A DNA stretch of 26,387 nucleotides from Chloroflexia bacterium (lineage in GTDB: Bacteria > Chloroflexota > Chloroflexia > QHBQ01 > JAICKM01): the NCBI GenBank assembly GCA_038252265.1, contig JBBSAN010000009.1, positions 1 through 26,387 of the forward strand, written 5' to 3'. The notes under the pieces were generated by a model. It was not told the DNA's origin and did not search any database. It was given only the letters and a program-made list of their open reading frames with translations. Of this stretch, positions 17,442 to 25,197 are shown piece after piece. The position numbers and the translations under genes were made by a program. Numbering within the stretch: the stretch's first letter is position 1; each line of letters opens with the position of its first letter.

Positions 17442-18446
17442 CTAGCTGCGCCCGATTAAATGGGCGTGCCGGTCGGCCAGCCCGATCCGGGCAATGGCCC
17501 CCGCGTTGAAGGCCAGGTAATCGCTCTCGATCCCATCGCTGAAAATAACCCCAACGTCCGGCATCTGCGAGGTGATCACCAACTCCTGGCCCGGGCCAAG
17601 CTGCCCGATGACTAAACCCGCCTGCGAGCTTTTCGAGGGGAACGGCTCGCGCACCGCGAACCACAGCCGGGCGGCGGCCCATCCCAGCGCGAGCGCCTCT
17701 GGCCCCGGCGGGGCGGCAGGGCTGGCCCCGAAGTGCTGCGCGATCTGCCACGCGCCGGTGGTGATCGCCCGCAGCCAGCCGGTGCAGCCCGCGCCCGTCG
17801 CCACAATCAAGCCGCTGGAACTCTGCTGCTCGCGCTGCCCCTCGAACTCCAGGGCATAGCGGGCCGAGACATGGGTGCGCGCCCCGATGAACAGGTCGTT
17901 GACCGCATACAACACCTGGCCGTCATTGAGCGTCGCCTGGGCCATGGTGATCGGGGTCACCGCTACCCGGCCCTCTATGGCGCGGGGCAGCCAGGTCGCC
18001 AGATCGCGTACCCCAAACGGGATCAGGATCCCGTCGATCCGATCGGGATCGGGGTTAATCGCCAGGATCGGCTGGGTAGTCAGATACTTGGCCGTATTGA
18101 TCACCAGGCCATCCGGGCCGAGCGTGATCACCAGGTCACGCTCGCCAAACTGGAAGGTCGGCAGGAACTCCCGGTCGATGAACTGGTGCTTGATCGTTCG
18201 CGGCAACTGCTGCTGGATGGCGACCAGCGCCTGCTGGTACTGCCCCGCGGCGCGCTCGTATTCGGCAAAGGAGACGCCATTTTGCTCCAGGTAAAAGCGG
18301 GCCTGGCCGGGGGAGTTCAGCCGGGCCACCAGTTCCGCCAGCGGCGTTTTCTTGGTCACCACGACGATCTTCTCGATCTCCGGCCCGGCGGGGGGTGGGC
18401 GGGGCGCAGCATTCGGCTGCGCCCCGATCCGGCGGGACAGGCCCAT
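17442..18446 (-). CDS. ATP-NAD kinase / diacylglycerol-kinase-like superfamily protein (putative)
   Basis: DLVITLGPDGLVINTAKYL (degenerate GGDG motif) and NDLFIG (NE/D motif). ATG at 18446 with SD GAAGG. The track start at 18497 is a GTG. Confidence 0.45.
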   Translation of the reverse strand: MGLSRRIGAQPNAAPRPPPAGPEIEKIVVVTKKTPLAELVARLNSPGQARFYLEQNGVSFAEYERAAGQYQQALVAIQQQLPRTIKHQFIDREFLPTFQFGERDLVITLGPDGLVINTAKYLTTQPILAINPDPDRIDGILIPFGVRDLATWLPRAIEGRVAVTPITMAQATLNDGQVLYAVNDLFIGARTHVSARYALEFEGQREQQSSSGLIVATGAGCTGWLRAITTGAWQIAQHFGASPAAPPGPEALALGWAAARLWFAVREPFPSKSSQAGLVIGQLGPGQELVITSQMPDVGVIFSDGIESDYLAFNAGAIARIGLADRHAHLIGRS

Positions 18447-18501
18447 TGTATACCTTCTTTCTGCGGTGGGGGCCGTGCGGTGGCCCCGGATCGCCACCGC
18501 G

Positions 18502-19365
18502 CTAGCGGTTCAGCAATTGTTCGAGGATCTCGGTCGTGATGGTCAGATTGCCGATTTTGGCGGCGTTGGCCGCGAAATCGCGGAAGGCGATCCCCAGCAC
18601 CAGCCGGGCATCCAGCGCCTGATAGGGGGTCAACTGGATGCGCAGGGCTTCCGCCTCAAACGCCGCTAGGGCCTGGGTGTTGGCCCCCTGCAAGGCGACC
18701 AACTCCTGGCGGCGCTGCTCCAGGTCCACCGCGGTCGATAGCTCGTTCTGCTTGATCGCGCGTTCCTGCTCGACCGCAGCGGCGCGGCGCGCATAGATGG
18801 CCTGGTCGGCCCGCTGTTGCACTGCCTCCCGCGACTCGGCCTCCAGGGCTTTGGCGAGTTCGGGGGTGGCTTTGAGCGCGGTAAAGAAGAGGCTGACGAT
18901 TTCGACCCCCAGTTCGCCCAGGCTCGGCTCGGCCTGCATCCGGGCCAGCACTGTCTGCGCCAGCGCTGCTGTGCTGTGCAGGGCGGCTTCCAGCCCCAAC
19001 TGCTGGAGTTCGGCGCGCGTATGCATCTGCACGACATTGATGATCCGCTGGTCCAGTTTCTGGGGATCGTCGGCGCGATATTGCCGGGTCCGCGGCTGAA
19101 TGGTGAAGTTCAGCAAGCGGGCCAGGGTTTCGGGGGCGGTAATGTGATAGGTCAACTGGCCTTGCACGGTGACGGGCTGGAACGTGCGGGTCGTTTCGTT
19201 GAAGACGAACAGGGCATCCACCGTCGCCACGGGCATCAGGACGATCGAGGTGGAAGGGGACCAATACCAGAACGCTCGCCCGGCCCCCTGGCAGAAGATC
19301 CGGCCATTGTTGTAAGCCAGGACATATTCTGTCGGCTCGGCCTTAAAAAATCCCAGCAGGGCCAT
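18502..19365 (-). CDS. SPFH / band-7 (stomatin-prohibitin-flotillin-like) domain protein
   Basis: MALLGFFKAEPTEYVLAYNNGRI...IVLMPVATVDALFVFNETTRTFQPV... followed by a long Ala/Glu/Gln-rich coiled-coil tail. ATG at 19365 with SD AAAGGAGG at 6-nt spacing. Confidence 0.65.
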   Translation of the reverse strand: MALLGFFKAEPTEYVLAYNNGRIFCQGAGRAFWYWSPSTSIVLMPVATVDALFVFNETTRTFQPVTVQGQLTYHITAPETLARLLNFTIQPRTRQYRADDPQKLDQRIINVVQMHTRAELQQLGLEAALHSTAALAQTVLARMQAEPSLGELGVEIVSLFFTALKATPELAKALEAESREAVQQRADQAIYARRAAAVEQERAIKQNELSTAVDLEQRRQELVALQGANTQALAAFEAEALRIQLTPYQALDARLVLGIAFRDFAANAAKIGNLTITTEILEQLLNR

Positions 19366-19631
19366 CAGTGCCTCCTTTGGTGGTCCGCCCGGAAACGCCG
19401 CGCGTACGATGCGAGGCCGGTCGGTAACGGATAATAATTGTCTAATAGACACTAACTAACAGGACTAAAAATGAGCTGCCCGGACCTGAACGATCTAGCA
19501 GTATTCATGTACCAACTACACTAAGTATAGCACGCGAAGGGGGATCTGTCAATAGCTGCGCGTGGACGTTAGCGCATCCATCTCCCGGCGGGGGAGCCGG
19601 GCTGATGCAACGTCGGTGTGGCCCAACCCCA

Positions 19632-19754
19632 GGCAGTCATCCTGCGCGCCGCGCAGGATCTTGTTGGGGCGACCACATCGTTAGGGAAGATCGGGAGCGT
19701 CGCCTCCACACCTTTGCTTGCCAACAAGATCCTGCGCGGCGCGCAGGATGACTG
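19632..19754. repeat. Perfect 35-bp inverted repeat (arms 19632-19666 and 19720-19754) flanking a 53-bp spacer. Each arm contains an internal 21-nt palindrome atcctgcgcgccgcgcaggat.
   Basis: Read directly: gcagtcatcctgcgcgccgcgcaggatcttgttgg and its exact reverse complement ccaacaagatcctgcgcggcgcgcaggatgactgc. Lies in the 640-bp divergent intergenic region between the SPFH and MCP genes. Confidence 0.9.
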
Positions 19755-19929
19755 CGGAGATGGGATCGCACCGACCGATGGTGTATCAGCCGTGGGCAGG
19801 GGACCCTGCACAAGCCCGCCCTTATCAGCGAGAATTATGGGTTTCTTTGTGTTCGACCTCGCCTCGTGGGTCTGCCGATCCCGCAGCCTACCGTCCGTTC
19901 TGTTACCAGGGTGGTATACGTGTGTTACC

Positions 19930-19948
19930 CCATAATAGTGTATTATGG
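19930..19948. promoter_or_regulatory. Palindrome CCATAATA-gtg-TATTATGG, 59-77 nt upstream of the MCP start. Candidate operator and/or -10 element.
   Basis: Read directly. Arms are TATAAT-like. Confidence 0.3.
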
Positions 19949-20006
19949 AATGGAGAATGCCGGAGGATGGCTCCATGGGGTATCGGGGTATTCAGAGGAG
20001 ACACAC

Positions 20007-21458
20007 ATGCTTAACTGGTTCCTGACTTGCCGCGCGATCGACCTCGATCAGAGCCAGCGCGGGCGCTTATTAAACTGGTTCTTGTTGATCTTCACCGCGT
20101 TCGCTCTGATCAATGTGAGTTGGACCTTGACCCTGGGCCTGGGCGATGTGGGCTTGCTGCTGCTCCTCGTGGTGGGCCTGCTGCTCGGCATCCATGCCCT
20201 GAATCGCCGGGGCGCGGTGGATGGGGCCGCAGCCAGTCTGGTGGGGCTGCTCTTTGTGGCGATCCATATCCTGTGTATCTCACCGGCGGGTGGCCTGGTC
20301 GCCGCCGGGATGGCTCCGACTCTCCTGGCGATTCCCATCGTCCTGGCCGGCGTCACGCTCCCCTGGCGCGCCACCCCGCTCGTCGGCGGCCTGGCCGCCG
20401 TTGATACCCTCTGGCTCTATACGACGGGCCTCTCGTCGCTGACGGGCTACTGGCAGACCAATTTCGTGGACATGTTGGCCCTGGTGTTTTCGACGCTGAC
20501 GCTGCTCGCCACCCTTGGCCTGCTCGCCGCGCTGTCCGGTCGCCAGATCCAAACCAGCCTGACCCACTTGCGCCAGCGGAATGGGGATCTGGAAGCGGCC
20601 AACCTGGCGCTGGCGCAGCAACACCAGGGCGAGCAGGCGCTGGGGGCCGGGATCAGCGATCTGGCGGCCCGCTTAGCCGCCGTGAGCCAGCACGAGGTCC
20701 GGGGGGTGGCGACCCAGGCCCAGGCGATCCGCCAGGTGGTCGGCGTGGTCGATCAGCTTAATACTGCCGCCCAACGGATCGCGGCGCTCGCCGCCGAGGT
20801 GAGCGCCGCGGGGGCGACTGCCCTGGGGCGCGTCCAGCAGGCCCAGGAGCTGGTCCGGCAGAACCATACTGCGGTGCAGCAAAACCGCGCGCAGATCGAA
20901 GAGGTGATCGCCAGTATGCAGACGCTGGAACAAGGAACGGACCACCTGATCAGGTTTATGAACCGGATGCAGGATCTATCGGATGAGACCCAATTGCTGG
21001 CCTTGAACGCGACGATTGAGGCCGCCGGGGCGGAGGGGCGGGGGCACCGGTTTGGGGTCGTGGCCGTTGAGGTGCAGCACCTGGCCCTGCGCGCCAATGA
21101 GACGGTGACCCAGATGCGCGCCCTGATCCGCTCCTTACAGGCGGCAGGCCAGCAAACCCAGGGGGCGACGCGGCGGAGTATCGCGGTGGCCGACGATGTG
21201 GACCACCTGACCGAGGAACTGCGCGGTGCCCAGGCGCAGGTGGAGGCGACGGTGCAGCGGACCAGCGACCTGGGGCAGTTGATCCGGACGGCCACCGGCC
21301 AGCAGACCGCTGACGCCGCCCAGATGACCCAGACCATTCAGCAGATCGCCCAGGTTGCCCAGGAGACCAGGGAGAATACCACGGCCCTGGAGCAGGTGGT
21401 CGGTGAGATGACCCAGGCGGCGGGCGTGCTCACCCGCGCTATGGCCGCCCGCCTCTAG
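20007..21458 (+). CDS. Methyl-accepting chemotaxis protein (multi-TM N-terminal region plus MCP signalling domain)
   Basis: LLALNATIEAAGAEGRGHRFGVVAVEVQHLALRANETV is the canonical MCP highly-conserved-domain motif. ATG at 20007 with SD AGAGGAG 6 nt upstream. N-terminal 250 aa are hydrophobic. Confidence 0.85.
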   Translation: MLNWFLTCRAIDLDQSQRGRLLNWFLLIFTAFALINVSWTLTLGLGDVGLLLLLVVGLLLGIHALNRRGAVDGAAASLVGLLFVAIHILCISPAGGLVAAGMAPTLLAIPIVLAGVTLPWRATPLVGGLAAVDTLWLYTTGLSSLTGYWQTNFVDMLALVFSTLTLLATLGLLAALSGRQIQTSLTHLRQRNGDLEAANLALAQQHQGEQALGAGISDLAARLAAVSQHEVRGVATQAQAIRQVVGVVDQLNTAAQRIAALAAEVSAAGATALGRVQQAQELVRQNHTAVQQNRAQIEEVIASMQTLEQGTDHLIRFMNRMQDLSDETQLLALNATIEAAGAEGRGHRFGVVAVEVQHLALRANETVTQMRALIRSLQAAGQQTQGATRRSIAVADDVDHLTEELRGAQAQVEATVQRTSDLGQLIRTATGQQTADAAQMTQTIQQIAQVAQETRENTTALEQVVGEMTQAAGVLTRAMAARL

Positions 21459-21806
21459 AGTGCCCCGGCGCGGACAGCGGCGTCCTGGGCCAAGTCCCGC
21501 GCTTCTTCGCACTCGCCGGCGGGGCGCTAGGCCACGCGGCTCAGCGCGGCCAGGCGTCGGACGAGTCGGTGGCGGACTCTGCCTCGCTCCCCACAAGTAG
21601 GCAACGATCCCCCCGTAATTGTACCTCCCTTTGCCCCACCCAACCCGATCTCGCCCCGGTTCTCGGTCCCTGCGCCGCCGGTGGACGATGTTTGTAAGTA
21701 GGCATCCTTTTCTCTGGCTGCCGGGCTGCTATACTGGCAAGCAACCGCATCATAAGGAGATAAGCGATCTATGTCTGTTGAACTGACTCCCCAAGGGATG
21801 ATTATG

Positions 21807-22778
21807 TCACCGGCTGGGGACACCGGTCTGCCCATTCGGCGGCGGGGCGGGGCGGCCCGGCGCGGTGCAGCCGGTGATGCGGTAGGTATCTACCAGGAGG
21901 TTGCCCCGCGTGATGGTCTGGAAAGTCAGGGTATTGGTGGCGGGGTTGGCATCCACGCGCATGGCCCCATAGTCGCCAGAGAAGCGCGCCGCACTGCCGG
22001 GGAGCGTGAAGATCGTGGGGTAGAGGCTGGTGCCGCCGATGCCGTTCACAAAATAGGGTAGCTTGGTCGCCGGGTCGATAATGCGCTCATAGTCGTGATC
22101 ATGCCCGGCCAGGACCGCCGTCGCGCCCCACCGGGCGTAGGGCCACTGGAGCGCCGGGGTCGAGCTATGCACTCCGGACGAGTAGGGCGGGTGGTGCATT
22201 GTGACGATTCGCCAGCACGCGGTAGAGGCGGCTAACTCCTTGCGTAGCCACTGGCCCTGCGTTGAGGTGCTGCTGACGCTGCTCGATTCGCCGGTGCCGC
22301 TGTCCAGGACGAAGACCTGAACGGGTCCCTGCGTGAATGTATAGTAGCGTTCGTTGTTGGGCAGGGTGAAGTAGTCGCGGTGTGGCTGGCCGCCCGCGGT
22401 GGCCCCGTCGTGGTTGCCCAGGGTAGGGAAGAATTTGTTGACCGGCGCGCCCGCCCTGTAGCGGCCCGTATAAGGATAAATGAAATCGTGGTAATACTGG
22501 CCGATGTTCTTGTCAATCGTGCTGGCGGCCCCGCTGGGATAGTTATTATCGCCCGTGGTGACGATGAAATCGGGGTTCCAGGAGTGGACGCGGTTCGACA
22601 CATCCAGCTCAGCCTGGCCCGCCGTGCCATAGTCGCCAATAACGGCGAAGCGGATCGCGGGAGTGGCCGGCTGTTGCTGGGGTTCCGCCCAGACGGTAGC
22701 GACGGCGGCCCCCATCCCCAGCAGCGCCAGTATGGTTAATGCGCCTGCTATAAGGGATCGTCTACCCCGCTTGATCAT
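21807..22778 (-). CDS. Secreted metallophosphoesterase (purple acid phosphatase-like, calcineurin-like fold)
   Basis: Signal peptide MIKRGRRSLIAGALTILALLGMGAAVA. Motifs VIGDYG, TTGDNNY, LGNHD, GHDHDYER. ATG at 22778 with SD TAGGAGG. Confidence 0.8.
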   Translation of the reverse strand: MIKRGRRSLIAGALTILALLGMGAAVATVWAEPQQQPATPAIRFAVIGDYGTAGQAELDVSNRVHSWNPDFIVTTGDNNYPSGAASTIDKNIGQYYHDFIYPYTGRYRAGAPVNKFFPTLGNHDGATAGGQPHRDYFTLPNNERYYTFTQGPVQVFVLDSGTGESSSVSSTSTQGQWLRKELAASTACWRIVTMHHPPYSSGVHSSTPALQWPYARWGATAVLAGHDHDYERIIDPATKLPYFVNGIGGTSLYPTIFTLPGSAARFSGDYGAMRVDANPATNTLTFQTITRGNLLVDTYRITGCTAPGRPAPPPNGQTGVPSR

Positions 22779-23282
22779 GGATGCCTCCTAAGTTCGACGG
22801 CCTTGAAGTACCGGCAGTTGGCTCTGGGCGCGCTCCCGTTCGCGGGTCTTGCCGGGCCAGCGCGCCAGGTTCGGTACCAACAAGGCATAGGGAGTGTCAG
22901 GCGCAAGTCGTATGCTACAGGCTGCCGGGCGCACCGGCCCATGCGGTGACCCCCTATCCGGTGCCCGTAGGGTCCCTGGTCCCTGTTTGTTTGGTATAGA
23001 ACGCGGGTCGCTACGGCGGTGAGGATAATCGTGCTAGCCAGGTTACATACGCATTGTAGGAGGAGAAGGTGAACAGCGTATGAACAAGTAGCCGGAAGGA
23101 GATGACAAGCTGAATGCCGATAAGCAGCGGCGTTGCCGCAGGAGATCCCGGTGGGTTGCGGCGTCGGCGGGGTTCAGCCGGCTGAACTCCCGCCTCGTCC
23201 AGCATCCTCGGTGATTTCTCCGGGCTGAACTGTAGGGGAATATATCTGCCCCTTACCGGACTACAGGGCGGGTGGCGCGATG

Positions 23283-23320
23283 TCAAACGACCGAGAGCTA
23301 CCTAGCTCTCGGTCGTTTGA
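23283..23320 (-). terminator. 38-bp near-perfect palindrome (18-bp stem caaacgaccgagagcta / tagctctcggtcgtttg) about 25 nt downstream of the tRNA-Gln 3' end. Likely a tRNA transcription terminator or bidirectional terminator.
   Basis: Read directly. No long U-tract on either strand. Confidence 0.45.
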
Positions 23321-23344
23321 TCCCGCTTGTATTAGCTACTGTTT

Positions 23345-23418
23345 TGGCTGGGGTGCAAGGATTCGAACCTCAATTGACTGATCCAGAATCAGCTGTCCTA
23401 CCTTTAGACGACACCCCA
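23345..23418 (-). tRNA. tRNA-Gln (anticodon CUG), 74 nt, CCA encoded
   Basis: Manual fold of UGGGGUG-UC-GUCU-AAAGGUA-GGAC-A-GCUGA-UUCUGGA-UCAGU-CAAU-UGAGG-UUCGAAU-CCUUG-CACCCCA-G-CCA. It has a U1-A72 pair and G73 discriminator (bacterial tRNA-Gln identity features), a GG in the D-loop and a TΨC loop UUCGAAU. Anticodon CTG sits at 23386-23384. Confidence 0.85.
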
Positions 23419-23489
23419 ATGCGTTATGCATTATAGCAAACCTGGCCCGCTTTGTCAACCAAAGTTGCGCCTGAAATTGGGCGGGGCCG

Positions 23490-23858
23490 TCAGTCTCCGC
23501 GCAGGTGGACCGGATCGTCGGCATAGAACTCGGTGTAGCCGCAGGTACCGCAGACCCAGGCGCTGACTTTGCTGTTCCGCCAGTTGAACAGGCCCAAATA
23601 GCGTTGAAGCCTGACACCGCCCTGCGTCAGCAGGCGCGCTCCAACCGCGCTGCCGCCGCATTTGGGACAGGGGAAGGCCGCCGGGTCGCCCACCGGATCG
23701 TCGCCTGGCTCCGGGTCTGCAGATTGATCGGCTCCGGGTTGCTCCGGGGCCGGGGGGCGGCGGATCCGGCGACGGCTGCCGGTCGGATCGAGCCGCCGAG
23801 TCGGATGTTCGGGTGCCTGATCCTCGTGCGGATCAAGGCGTCGGGTGGGGTGGTCCAT
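23490..23858 (-). CDS. Small zinc-ribbon protein, array paralog 1 (122 aa). N-terminal duplicated PTRRLD motif plus CPxCG...CxxCGYTEFY.
   Basis: ATG at 23858 with SD AGGAGA. MDHPTRRLDPHEDQAPEHPTRRLDP...CPKCGG...CGTCGYTEFYADDP. Confidence 0.6.
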   Translation of the reverse strand: MDHPTRRLDPHEDQAPEHPTRRLDPTGSRRRIRRPPAPEQPGADQSADPEPGDDPVGDPAAFPCPKCGGSAVGARLLTQGGVRLQRYLGLFNWRNSKVSAWVCGTCGYTEFYADDPVHLRGD

Positions 23859-23867
23859 CAGTATCTC

Positions 23868-24137
23868 CTATAGCTCCAGCAGCTTCTTCGGCTCGTTGGC
23901 ATACAACTCGGTGTAGCCACAGACAATACACATGAAGGCCACCACCGAGGTTTCGGGTGCTCTCCGCAAAAGGCGTAGCGGGAGGTTGAGCGGTTGCAGG
24001 CACAGGTTGCGGGCGGCATTGCCGTGTCCCCGGTCAATGGCGCGCACCCAGATCATCTTGCCGTGGCACTTGGGACAGGGGTCGTCCGTCTTCGGTGCCA
24101 CTGCGGGGGCATTGAGACGCCGTGTTGGTTGATCCAT
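23868..24137 (-). CDS. Small zinc-ribbon protein, array paralog 2 (89 aa)
   Basis: ATG at 24137 with SD AGGAGAAG. MDQPTRRLNAPAVAPKTDDPCPKCHG...CIVCGYTELYANEP. The longer track ORF (start 24203) adds a non-conserved leader. Confidence 0.6.
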   Translation of the reverse strand: MDQPTRRLNAPAVAPKTDDPCPKCHGKMIWVRAIDRGHGNAARNLCLQPLNLPLRLLRRAPETSVVAFMCIVCGYTELYANEPKKLLEL

Positions 24138-24151
24138 CTGTGCTTCTCCTG

Positions 24152-24484
24152 CTAGCTCTTCAGCCGGTCCAAATCGTTGACGTACAAGTCGAGATAGCCA
24201 CAAGCGGGGCAGGCCAGTGCCCGGACCGAACTGCTACCGCCCAGCCAACCCATCAGCACATCGGCCCGCCGGGCGGTGAGTGCCCGTTCTGCCAGCAGGT
24301 CTACGTCTATGGGCGGGTCTGCACTACCGCACTTGCCGCAGGTGGGCGGGGGCGGGCTGACGGGGCGAACCCGGCGGCGGCGGGCGGGCGGCGGCGTAGA
24401 CACCGGGCCTACGTTCTCTCACTGGATCGAGTCGCGGTCGGGCAGGTCAGCGGGATTTAACCGCTGTGTTGGACGATCTTCCAT
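24152..24484 (-). pseudogene. Zinc-ribbon array paralog 3 with an in-frame TGA (codon 22, plus coordinates 24419-24421). Pseudogene, sequencing error, or stop-codon read-through.
   Basis: ATG at 24484 (SD GGAGTG) gives MEDRPTQRLNPADLPDRDSIQ-TGA-ENVGPVSTPPPARRRR...CGKCG...CPACGYLDLYVNDL in one frame. The track ORF 24152..24403 is the portion after the stop, starting at a GTG. Confidence 0.5.
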
Positions 24485-24490
24485 CCGGCA

Positions 24491-24811
24491 TCACTCCATC
24501 AGTTGGGATAGGTTGGCCGCGTAGAGCTTGGTGAAGCCACAGTCGGTGCAGACGCGGGCCTCCAGCGGGCTGCGACCCTTCGCCTTCGCGGCCTGGCGGA
24601 TCAGCAGCTCGCGCATCGACACCCCCAGGCGCTCGACCACGATATCGCCGGTGCCAAAGCGCAGGCGCGCCGCGATCAACGGGCCGCCGCATTCGGGGCA
24701 GATAGCGGGCGGCGGGGCCGCGCCCGAGGGTGGGGCCGCATCGGTCAGGCGGCGGGTTGGGTGTTCCGGCGGCGCGTCGGCCTCGTCCAGGCGGCGCGTT
24801 GGTTCATCCAT
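24491..24811 (-). CDS. Small zinc-ribbon protein, array paralog 4 (106 aa), duplicated PTRRL motif
   Basis: ATG at 24811 with SD GAGGAGG. MDEPTRRLDEADAPPEHPTRRLTDA...CPECGG...CTDCGFTKLYAANL. Confidence 0.6.
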   Translation of the reverse strand: MDEPTRRLDEADAPPEHPTRRLTDAAPPSGAAPPPAICPECGGPLIAARLRFGTGDIVVERLGVSMRELLIRQAAKAKGRSPLEARVCTDCGFTKLYAANLSQLME

Positions 24812-24888
24812 TGGTTCCTCCTCAAAAGCCAATTCGATTCAGCCTTATATACGTGGCCGGGCCGCCCGGTGTTGCGCGAGCACACAAA

Positions 24889-24930
24889 ACAAACACCCGC
24901 GAAATCTAGCCTGATCTCCCGGGTGTTTGT
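24889..24930 (-). terminator. Rho-independent-like terminator inside the zinc-ribbon array. 11-bp stem (acaaacacccg/cgggtgtttgt) with a 20-nt loop, followed on the minus strand by UUUUGUGUG.
   Basis: Read directly, in the 142-bp gap between paralog 5 (stop 24954) and paralog 4 (start 24811). Confidence 0.4.
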
Positions 24931-24953
24931 ACTGGATAGGCGGCGAGGTGGCC

Positions 24954-25178
24954 TTATTCCTGGAAGAAGCCGTCGATATCGGCAATATAGAAATCCACCC
25001 AGCCGCACTCGCTGCAAACCCAGGCGATCATGGTGCTGCCTGCGGCCATCGGGCCTTCGGTGCGGTGGAGCCAGTTGCGGTCGGCTCCCTGGGCGATCAG
25101 TTCGCCCCCTTCCATATCGGCCCCACAGCGGGCGCACGTCGGGGGCGCGTCGTCGGGGTCGTCAATCCGTTGGTTCAT
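24954..25178 (-). CDS. Small zinc-ribbon protein, array paralog 5 (74 aa, divergent, lacks the PTRRL motif)
   Basis: ATG at 25178 with SD AAGGAGG at about 11-nt spacing. MNQRIDDPDDAPPTCARCG...CSECGWVDFYIADI. Confidence 0.5.
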   Translation of the reverse strand: MNQRIDDPDDAPPTCARCGADMEGGELIAQGADRNWLHRTEGPMAAGSTMIAWVCSECGWVDFYIADIDGFFQE

Positions 25179-25197
25179 GCGGATCTGTTCCTCCTTA

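Noticed and set aside
21771-22061. Plus-strand ORF with AAGGAG SD, antisense to the 3' end of the phosphoesterase gene
   Set aside because: Only 12 codons lie outside the opposite-strand gene. The remainder is Gly/Ala/Arg-rich shadow. The phosphoesterase call is strongly motif-supported.
22779-23282. About 500-bp gap between the phosphoesterase and tRNA-Gln containing ORFs 22781..22999(+) and 23011..23286(-), a 16-bp palindrome gttcagccggctgaac (23172-23187) and an AGGAGGAG motif
   Set aside because: The ORFs have no SD/start context or motifs. The palindrome and the repeated gctgaact might mark a small RNA or regulator site, but I could not fold it into any known RNA family by eye.
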